A stretch of 32,000 bases of DNA from Geobacter sulfurreducens PCA. GTDB taxonomy: Bacteria; Desulfobacterota; Desulfuromonadia; Geobacterales; Geobacteraceae. The stretch is taken from positions 3,480,001 to 3,512,000 of the forward strand of contig NC_002939.5 of the NCBI RefSeq assembly GCF_000007985.2. Reading direction: 5' to 3'. This document shows, piece by piece, positions 25,390 to 32,000 of this stretch (its first letter is position 1; the number at the start of each line of letters is the position of its first letter). The translations under genes and the position numbers were made by a program. The notes beneath the pieces were generated by a model that saw only the letters and a list, made by a program, of their open reading frames with translations, was not told the DNA's origin and made no database searches.

Positions 25390-25802
25390 GTGACCGAATG
25401 GACCGCTACGTCATCTTTACGGTGACTGACCGGAAACTGGCCCTCCCCCTGGACAAGACGGCGGAGGTGTTGGAGGGCGCCGCCACCCATCCGGTGCCGG
25501 CAGTCCCGCCGTTGCTCGGCAGGGCACTGAACGTACACGGAAGAATCGTTCCGGCCCTGGATCTGGCGACGTTTCTCCATGGAGGGGCGATCGGGCGGAA
25601 CCATGCGTTTCTTGCACTCAACCACCACGTGGCCGACCTGGCCCTGCTGGTTGAGGGACCGGTGGCCATCGTGAGCGTGGAGGAAAGCGACCGGTCCCCG
25701 AGTGAACATCCGCGTTTCGAGGGATACCTGGAGATTGCCGGTGAGCGGGTCGGCATCCTGGCGACCGGCAGACTGATCGAAGAAGTGGAAGAGATTCTGT
25801 GA
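25386..25802 (+). CDS. cheW: CheW-like coupling protein
   Basis: A single CheW domain ([22 protein letters not shown]....[29 protein letters not shown]). The GTG start overlaps the mcp stop (GTGA). ATG 25398 is an alternative start. Confidence 0.85.
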   Translation: MSDRMDRYVIFTVTDRKLALPLDKTAEVLEGAATHPVPAVPPLLGRALNVHGRIVPALDLATFLHGGAIGRNHAFLALNHHVADLALLVEGPVAIVSVEESDRSPSEHPRFEGYLEIAGERVGILATGRLIEEVEEIL

Positions 25803-25818
25803 CTGTTATGGAGGGCTC

Positions 25819-26184
25819 ATGGCCAAAAGAGTAATGATAGTGGATGACGCTCTGTTCATGCGCAACATGCTGCGGGGCATACTCGAGGATGCGGGGTACG
25901 AAGTGGTCGCCGAGGCTTCGGACGGCGCGGAGGCAGTGGTAACATTCCGTGACGTGCGCCCCGACGTCGTCACCCTCGACATCATCATGCCCGTGAAAAA
26001 CGGTATTGAAGCCCTGCGTGAAATCATGGCCATCGATCCCAAGGCCCGCGTGGTCATTTGCAGCGCGGTCGGCCAGGAGAGCCTTGTGGACAAAGCCCGG
26101 AGCGTGGGCGCGAAAGACTTCATCCTCAAACCGTTCAATCCGGAGCGGGTCAAGGATGTGATGAAGCAGGTGACCGAGGGCTAG
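25819..26184 (+). CDS. cheY: CheY-like single-domain response regulator
   Basis: 121 aa. It has VMIVDDALFMR (acidic pocket), VVTLDIIMP (phospho-Asp), ICSAVG and AKDFILKPF (conserved Lys). Confidence 0.93.
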   Translation: MAKRVMIVDDALFMRNMLRGILEDAGYEVVAEASDGAEAVVTFRDVRPDVVTLDIIMPVKNGIEALREIMAIDPKARVVICSAVGQESLVDKARSVGAKDFILKPFNPERVKDVMKQVTEG

Positions 26185-26186
26185 AC

Positions 26187-27872
26187 ATGGACATGTCCCA
26201 GTACCGGGACCTCTTCGTTGCCGAGGCCCGGGAACACCTGGAGCGCCTGGGCGAAGAGGTACTGGCCCTGGAAAAGGACCCGGCCAACGGCGAACGCCTC
26301 GACTCGCTCTTCCGCACCGCCCACTCCATCAAAGGCATGGCGGGCTCCATGGGATATGACGGCATAGCCGACCTTTCCCACCGCATGGAAGACCTGATGG
26401 ACCGCGTCCGCAAGGGCCGGATTCCCTTTGGCCGGGACATCGCCGACCTGCTGCTGGCCTGCGCGGACCAGTTGGGACGAATGGTGGAAGACGTGACCGG
26501 CGGCGGGAACGGCTCCCTCGACGCGACAGACCTCTGCGCCAGACTCGCCCTGGTTGCCGGGCAGGAGGCCGCAGCCCCGGCGGCTCCAGCCGATGCAGAG
26601 ACATCCCCCTCCCCGCAGCCATCCGACCAGCCGGAACCGGCACGTCGCGACGAAAGCGACGGGGCGCGAACCGTCCGGATCCGGTCAGAGCTTCTTGACC
26701 GATTTGTCAACATAACCGGCGAACTGGTCACCGGCAAGAACCGGATCATGGAACTGGCGGCGGGACTCGAATCCGAACCACTGCGGGATGCGGCGGCCGA
26801 ACTGTCGAAACTGGTCCGCGACCTGCAGCGCGAGGTCATGTCGGCCAGAATGATGCCCTTCGGCACCATCTGCGACCGTTTCCCCCGCATGGTGCGGGAT
26901 CTGGCTCGCCGTAGCGGGAAAGAGGCGACGCTGGCCATCGACGGCAAGGATCAGGAACTGGATCGCGGCATTCTGGAAATTCTCCCCGACCCTCTGCTCC
27001 ATGCCCTGCGCAATGCCGTCGATCACGGCATCGAGTCGCCGGAGGAACGGAGTGCGGCCGGAAAGGGAGCGGGGGGTCGGATCGTCCTGTCGGTTCGCAG
27101 GGAAAAAGACCATCTGGACGTGACAGTGACGGATGACGGGCGGGGCATGGATCCGGCAGCTCTCGTCAACGCCGCCCTTGCCAAGGGAATCATCACCCCG
27201 GAAGAGGCGGCGACGCTCAGCCGGCAGGAGGCGTTGATGCTCGTCTGCAGGCCGGGCTTTTCCACGGCCAGGAGCGTCACCGAGGTATCCGGAAGAGGGG
27301 TGGGGATGGATGCGGTGCAAGCCGCTGTAAGTCGGGCGGGTGGCAGCCTGTCCATCCAGTCCGAGCGAGGCCGGGGAAGCAGGATCACCCTTCGGCTCCC
27401 CCTGAGCGTGGCGATCATCCAGGTGCTCCTGGTGGGCTGCGGCCCGCTGACCATGGCGGTTCCCGTCAACGCCGTCCGCCGGACCGTCGAGCTGGACCGG
27501 CGGCTCCAGCGCATCGAAGATGGGCGGGCTGTTTTTGATCTGGGCGGGGAAACCCTCCCGCTGGTTGACCTGGGCCTGCTCGTGGGGACCGGCCCGACTG
27601 CCGGCGGGGATTTCTCGCCCGTTCTGACGGCCGACGTTGCAGGACGCACAATGGGGTTTGCCGTGGACCGTTTTTTCGGACAGGCAGAGGTATTCACCAA
27701 GCCGCTCGGCACGCCGCTCAACCGTGCCAGGGGGCTTGCGGGAGGAGCTATACTGGGAGACGGTCGGGTCATCTTCATCCTCGACCTCCCCAATCTTGTC
27801 GACGGGGCCACCAGCCGGCGCCGCGTTTTCATGCACCCTGACGGTGCGCACAAAGGGGGAACGACCGCATGA
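26187..27872 (+). CDS. cheA: chemotaxis histidine kinase CheA (Hpt-linker-dimerisation-HATPase-CheW; no evident P2 domain)
   Basis: ATG 26187 lies 2 nt after the cheY stop. The Hpt motif is FRTAHSIKGMAGSMG. A Pro/Ala-rich linker follows, then VRIRSELLDRFVNITGELV (P3), HALRNAVDHGIE (N box), DDGRGMD (G1), GRGVGMD (G2) and a C-terminal CheW-like domain. Confidence 0.93.
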   Translation: MDMSQYRDLFVAEAREHLERLGEEVLALEKDPANGERLDSLFRTAHSIKGMAGSMGYDGIADLSHRMEDLMDRVRKGRIPFGRDIADLLLACADQLGRMVEDVTGGGNGSLDATDLCARLALVAGQEAAAPAAPADAETSPSPQPSDQPEPARRDESDGARTVRIRSELLDRFVNITGELVTGKNRIMELAAGLESEPLRDAAAELSKLVRDLQREVMSARMMPFGTICDRFPRMVRDLARRSGKEATLAIDGKDQELDRGILEILPDPLLHALRNAVDHGIESPEERSAAGKGAGGRIVLSVRREKDHLDVTVTDDGRGMDPAALVNAALAKGIITPEEAATLSRQEALMLVCRPGFSTARSVTEVSGRGVGMDAVQAAVSRAGGSLSIQSERGRGSRITLRLPLSVAIIQVLLVGCGPLTMAVPVNAVRRTVELDRRLQRIEDGRAVFDLGGETLPLVDLGLLVGTGPTAGGDFSPVLTADVAGRTMGFAVDRFFGQAEVFTKPLGTPLNRARGLAGGAILGDGRVIFILDLPNLVDGATSRRRVFMHPDGAHKGGTTA

Positions 27873-28483
27873 AATTCGATGCATTGACCGAGGAGCACCT
27901 GGACGCCCTCAAGGAAGTAAGCAACATCGGTGTGGCTCACGCAGCCACTGCCCTTTCCCAGCTGATCGGCAAGGGGATAACCCTCCAGGTGCCGAAGGTC
28001 CACCTCATGAAGATCACCGAGGTTCCCGAAGCGTTCGGCGGAGCCGAGCGGATCGTTGTCGGAATTTATCTCCAGATGCTCGGCGACGCCCGGGGCAACA
28101 TCCTCATCGTCCTGCCCCGGGAGAGCGCCCTCAAGCTCCTTTCACGGCTTCTCCCCCGTGAAAAGAGCGAAGGGTCCCTCCTCACAGAGCTAGAGATCTC
28201 GGCGCTCAAGGAAGTGGGGAACATCCTGGCCTCGGCCTACCTCAACGCCCTGGGCGCTCTTATGCGCAAGACCCTGATTCCTTCGGTTCCGGTCCTTTCC
28301 TTCGACATGGCAGGTGCGGTCATCGATTACGTCCTGATCGAACTGGGCGAAGTAGGCGACCTGGCTCTCATGGTGGAAACCGAATTTTTCGGCGAAGAGG
28401 AGAAAATCGGCGGTCAGTTCTTCCTGCTCCCCGACCCCGAATCTCTCAGGATCATCCTTGACGCCATCGGAGTAAAACTTTGA
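27869..28483 (+). CDS. cheC: CheC-family CheY-P phosphatase
   Basis: The ATGA overlaps the cheA stop. The CheC motif is duplicated: DALKEVSNIGVAHAATALSQL and SALKEVGNILASAYLNALGAL (the E-x2-N active-site signature appears twice). Confidence 0.8.
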   Translation: MKFDALTEEHLDALKEVSNIGVAHAATALSQLIGKGITLQVPKVHLMKITEVPEAFGGAERIVVGIYLQMLGDARGNILIVLPRESALKLLSRLLPREKSEGSLLTELEISALKEVGNILASAYLNALGALMRKTLIPSVPVLSFDMAGAVIDYVLIELGEVGDLALMVETEFFGEEEKIGGQFFLLPDPESLRIILDAIGVKL

Positions 28484-28968
28484 GCCGGATCGTCAGCGTC
28501 GGCATATCGGAATTCAAGATTGCATCGGCCCCGACGATCCTCATGACCTACGGCCTCGGCTCCTGCGTCGGCATTGCACTCCACGATCCGGTCGCGCTCA
28601 CCGGCGGGCTCGCCCACACCCTCCTCCCCGCTCCGGTCCGGGGGATGGACTCCATGGTTAAATCAGCAAAATTCACCTGTTGGGCGGTTGACCTGATGGT
28701 TGAAGAGCTCATTAAATGCGGTTGCGTCGCTGAACGTCTTGTGGCAAAATTGGCCGGCGGCGCGACCATGTTCGAACCACAACACCGCACCACCCACAGT
28801 GGCATCGGCGAGCGTAACGTGACGGCGGCCAAAGAGGCTCTCGAGCGGCGCGGCATTCCTCTGGTGGCATCGGACACCGGCGACGATTACGGCCGGAGCC
28901 TGGAATTCAATACGGTAACAGGAGTCATCACGGTGCGGGCGCTGCAGCGTCCCATCAAGCGCATGTGA
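28480..28968 (+). CDS. cheD: chemoreceptor glutamine deamidase CheD
   Basis: The TTG start overlaps the cheC stop. It has LMTYGLGSCVGIALHD (catalytic Cys), GGLAHTLLP (His) and IGERNV. Confidence 0.85.
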   Translation: MSRIVSVGISEFKIASAPTILMTYGLGSCVGIALHDPVALTGGLAHTLLPAPVRGMDSMVKSAKFTCWAVDLMVEELIKCGCVAERLVAKLAGGATMFEPQHRTTHSGIGERNVTAAKEALERRGIPLVASDTGDDYGRSLEFNTVTGVITVRALQRPIKRM

Positions 28969-29007
28969 TCGCACGGTCCGGACGCCGGCGGGCAACGGAG
29001 AGGTGAT

Positions 29008-29820
29008 ATGAAGGGGCTCAGACTCCTGGCGGCGATCATGGCGGTCGCCCTGCTTCCATTGACGGTCATGGCCGCGCCAGGCCCGGTGAATGTCGGGCTT
29101 CAGGACGTGATCGACACCGTGGAAAAAACATTCAGGCCAAACCGGACTTCGGGAATGCCCCCCCTCGTTTCGGTGACGGCCGACTTTTTCCAGCGCTCGA
29201 CCCTGGCGGCCCAGAACCGCGAGATGCGGGCCGACGGCCAGATGTTCTTCAGGCCCGCCACGAGCCGGGAACCGCTCATGTTCCGGTTCGATTACTTCCG
29301 CCCCCTGAGACACGAGATCGTCAGCAACGGCCGGACCCTCTGGACCTACCTCCCCGAAAACCGCCAGGTAATCGTGAGCGATGTTTCGCCGGTCTTCAAC
29401 CCCTACACCTTCGACCCTGAGCGCAACCAGGCGTCCAACTTCCTCCAGGGGCTCGGCCGGATATCCAAAGATTTTCTCGTCGTCTTCTCACCCCAGGGGA
29501 GGGACATCGGGGGCAATTACGTGTTGGAACTGACGCCGCGCCGGGCAACGGCAACCATCGCCAGGCTCTACATGGCGGTCAACGGCGAGGCGGTGGCAAA
29601 CTATGTCCGCAGCGGCAGGAGGATTGCCGACAGCATTGCATCCCTCGGCCGCCAGGAGTGGACGTTTCCCATCCTTTCCACCACCGTGGTGGACCACCAG
29701 GGAAACACCACGATCATCGAATTCAGCAACGCCCGGACGAACATCCTCTTGAGCGAGTCGCTCTTCACCTTCGCCATCCCGCCGGGAGTTCAGGTGGTTC
29801 AACCGCCCCAGCGGCGCTGA
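29008..29820 (+). CDS. LolA-like (outer-membrane lipoprotein carrier fold) exported protein, paralog 1
   Basis: The signal peptide is MKGLRLLAAIMAVALLPLTVMAAP. LolA-family features include ADFFQRS......GQMFFRP...[28 protein letters not shown]. Confidence 0.7.
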   Translation: MKGLRLLAAIMAVALLPLTVMAAPGPVNVGLQDVIDTVEKTFRPNRTSGMPPLVSVTADFFQRSTLAAQNREMRADGQMFFRPATSREPLMFRFDYFRPLRHEIVSNGRTLWTYLPENRQVIVSDVSPVFNPYTFDPERNQASNFLQGLGRISKDFLVVFSPQGRDIGGNYVLELTPRRATATIARLYMAVNGEAVANYVRSGRRIADSIASLGRQEWTFPILSTTVVDHQGNTTIIEFSNARTNILLSESLFTFAIPPGVQVVQPPQRR

Positions 29821-29911
29821 CCCCGAATCTGGCTCAGGCGAGGGCGGCGTGACATATGCCGCCTCGCCCTTTTCAATCGCGTCATCCTTTGAACAGAACG
29901 AGGACCGGAAC

Positions 29912-30640
29912 ATGACTCTGCCGCGCATACTATTGCTGTTTGCCGTCACCCTGCTTCTGGGGACAGGTGCCGCCACGGCGGCGCCGTCAGCCCCCCTGGC
30001 CGACGTGGTAGCCACTTTGGAACAGGGATACGCTTCCCTCAAGGACCTGCAGGCATCCTTCACCCAACGGACCGAAATGGCGGCGGTCAAGCGGTCCCAG
30101 ACCGGCTCCGGCGAGCTGTTCATCCGCAAAGGTGCCGGCGACCGGGCGCTCTTTCGCTTCAACTACGTCAAACCGTCCCAGCAGATCGTCTCCAACGGCA
30201 AGACCGTCTGGTACTATCTGCCCGAGAACCGGCAGGTCATGACCATGGATGCCTCTGCCCTCTTTGCGGGCGGCGGGGGGGTCGCCCTTTCCTACCTGAC
30301 CGGCATAGGCCAGATATCGCGCGACTTCGCCGTAAGCTTTGCGGGCAACGGACGCGACGCCAAAGGGAACCACGTCCTGGACCTGGTGCCCAAAAAACAG
30401 GGCCAGGCCTTTGCCCGGCTCCAGCTCACCGTTTCGGCCAAGGCGGTCGAAGAGTACCAACGGGCGGGCAAAGCCACGGTACCCTTTCCCATCGTTTCAT
30501 CTGTTGTGGTTGACCAGATGGGGAGCCGCACGTCCTTCGAATTCTCGAAAATACGGGTGAACCGTGGGCTGGCCGGTTCTCTCTTTACATTCAAGGCTCC
30601 TGCCGGCGTTGAGGTAATCCAGGCACCGGGAGTCAAATAA
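29912..30640 (+). CDS. LolA-like exported protein, paralog 2
   Basis: GAGGA lies 7 nt before ATG 29912. The signal peptide is [25 protein letters not shown]. It has ASFTQRTE...GELFIRKG...[31 protein letters not shown], which aligns by eye with paralog 1. Confidence 0.7.
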
Positions 30641-30660
30641 CATTATTCAGGGAGGAAACT

Positions 30661-31146
30661 ATGCCCTCATTCGACATCGTCTCGAAGGTGGAAATGCAGG
30701 AGGTCGACAACGCGGTGAACCAGACCGTGAAAGAGATTTCACAGCGCTACGATTTCAAGGGAAGCAAGTGCGAGATCAAGCTGGAAAAGGACGCCATCAA
30801 GCTGTTGGCCGACGATGACTACAAGCTCAAGGCAGTGGTCGACATTCTCCAGTCCAAGTGCATCAAGCGGGGAATATCCATCAAATCGCTCCAGTACGGT
30901 AATGTGGAACCGGCATCCGGCGGCATGGTGCGGCAGGCGGTCGATATCCAGCAGGGTATCTCCAAGGAGAAGGGAAAGGACATCATTGCCGTCGTCAAGG
31001 AGTCCAAGCTCAAGGTTCAGGCGCAAATCCAGGATGACCAGGTGCGGGTGACCGGCAAAAACCGCGACGACCTCCAGGATGTCATCAAGCTTCTCAAGGG
31101 AAAGGATCTGGGGGTGGAACTCCAGTTCGTCAATTTCAGGGACTAA
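30661..31146 (+). CDS. yajQ: YajQ-family (UPF0234) nucleotide / cyclic-di-GMP-binding protein
   Basis: 161 aa. The sequence [35 protein letters not shown]...[19 protein letters not shown]...LQFVNFRD is the canonical YajQ sequence pattern. GGAGG RBS upstream. Confidence 0.9.
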
Positions 31147-31158
31147 CGAGGGGATTCA

Positions 31159-32000
31159 GTGAGTAACGCAAAAGAAAAAGTCAGCATGGTCAGCCTTGGC
31201 TGCCCCAAAAATCTGGTGGATGCAGAGGTAATGCTCGGCCGCCTGGCAAAGGACCGCTACGAGATCACCACCGATGAGCGCGAGGCGGACATTATCATCG
31301 TCAACACCTGTTCCTTCATCAAAGAGGCGAAACAGGAGAGCATCGACACGATCCTCGACCTGGCCGACCGGAAACAGGACGGCCGCTGCCGGCTCCTCAT
31401 TGTGACCGGGTGCCTCCCCCAGCGCTACCAGGAAGAGCTGGCCAGGGAACTGCCCGAGGTGGACATCTTCGTGGGCACCGGCGACTATCCCCGCATCGCG
31501 GAGATCATCGAGGAGAAGAGTTCGCGGCCGGAGCAGCTGCGCTATATCGGCGACCCAAACTTCGTATTCGACGAAAGCCTCACGCGCCTCAACTCCTCCC
31601 CGGCCTACACCGCCTACCTGAAAATCGCCGAGGGATGCTCCAACTGCTGCTCCTACTGCGTGATCCCGTCTCTGCGGGGAGCCTTCCGCTCCCGTCCTCT
31701 GGAGAGCGTCCTCGCTGAGGCCCGCTCCCTCGTGGCCGGCGGGGCGCGGGAGATCAACCTGATTGCCCAGGACATCACCACCTACGGCCGCGACCTGCCC
31801 GGCGCACCCTCCCTGGAGACCCTCATCCGCGAACTGGCCGCCATTGACGGCCTCGCCTGGATCAGACTCCTCTATGCCTACCCCGACGGTATTACCGACG
31901 GCCTGATCCAGACCATCAAGAACGAACCAAAAGTCTGCAAATACCTGGACCTGCCCATCCAGCACATCAGCGACCCGATCCTGAAGCGGATGAACCGCCG
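31159..32000 (+). CDS. rimO: ribosomal protein S12 methylthiotransferase RimO (3'-truncated by window edge)
   Basis: Missing from the ORF track because the frame stays open to nt 32000. My translation from GTG 31159 is [29 protein letters not shown]...[18 protein letters not shown]...[23 protein letters not shown]...[12 protein letters not shown]...[11 protein letters not shown]. This gives an MTTase N-domain plus the CxxxCxxC radical-SAM motif. The SLGCPKN..D.E start is RimO-like. Confidence 0.85.
   Translation, partial: MSNAKEKVSMVSLGCPKNLVDAEVMLGRLAKDRYEITTDEREADIIIVNTCSFIKEAKQESIDTILDLADRKQDGRCRLLIVTGCLPQRYQEELARELPEVDIFVGTGDYPRIAEIIEEKSSRPEQLRYIGDPNFVFDESLTRLNSSPAYTAYLKIAEGCSNCCSYCVIPSLRGAFRSRPLESVLAEARSLVAGGAREINLIAQDITTYGRDLPGAPSLETLIRELAAIDGLAWIRLLYAYPDGITDGLIQTIKNEPKVCKYLDLPIQHISDPILKRMNR

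Noticed and set aside
26150-28003. Minus-strand ORFs of 265-399 aa (26150..26947, 26685..27884, 27023..28003)
   Set aside because: All are antisense to cheA, which has full Hpt/HATPase/CheW motifs on the plus strand. They are Arg/Pro/Ser-rich artefacts.
31156-31965. 269-aa minus-strand ORF, the only long ORF the track lists here
   Set aside because: The plus strand, open to the window end and therefore missing from the track, translates into a clear RimO/MiaB-type radical-SAM methylthiotransferase. The minus-strand ORF is an antisense artefact.
1-32000. Scan for CRISPR arrays, tRNA/rRNA genes, IS elements, integrases, and toxin-antitoxin or phage-defence cassettes
   Set aside because: I found no direct-repeat/spacer architecture, no cloverleaf-sized intergenic segments, no transposase or integrase-like ORFs and no terminal inverted repeats. 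The only compositional islands are the two AT-rich T6SS accessory cassettes already reported.

Overview
The window looks like a roughly 60% GC Geobacter/Desulfuromonadales-type chromosome. That assignment is an inference from composition and gene content, not a database hit. It has four blocks. (1) nt 1-15462 is the spike and effector end of a type VI secretion (T6SS) locus. It starts with a 5'-truncated GxSxG lipase-like gene, then tssB, tssC and hcp. An AT-rich two-gene cassette follows (a Sec-exported protein plus a leaderless lysozyme-like/LysM protein), then vgrG. Downstream of vgrG is a module that, from memory, matches the Pseudomonas aeruginosa vgrG1b cluster: a frameshifted DUF6484-like gene, a TIGR02270/HEAT protein, a ketoacyl-synthase-like protein with an apparently degenerate active site, and a toxin-less DUF4150 PAAR-like cap. 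After that come three translationally coupled ORFs, a tiny Cys-rich ORF and a DUF2169 adaptor. The three coupled ORFs are a 125-aa beta-sandwich-like protein, a 627-aa amidohydrolase_2-type TIM-barrel protein with a large insertion, and a 407-aa AT-rich Sec-exported protein. I consider them the best candidate for an undescribed effector/immunity system. (2) nt 15.5-23.1 kb is housekeeping: ferredoxin, rubredoxin, a small zinc-ribbon protein (-), tatA, a large exported TPR protein with a poly-Lys tail (-), hsp20, lon and thiL. (3) nt 23.1-29.0 kb is a chemosensory operon, cheR-mcp-cheW-cheY-cheA-cheC-cheD, resembling the Myxococcus Dif pathway. (4) nt 29.0-32.0 kb holds two tandem LolA-like genes, yajQ and a 3'-truncated rimO. 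I saw no rRNA, tRNA, CRISPR array, IS element or integrase. All family assignments are by-eye motif recognition and no searches were run.
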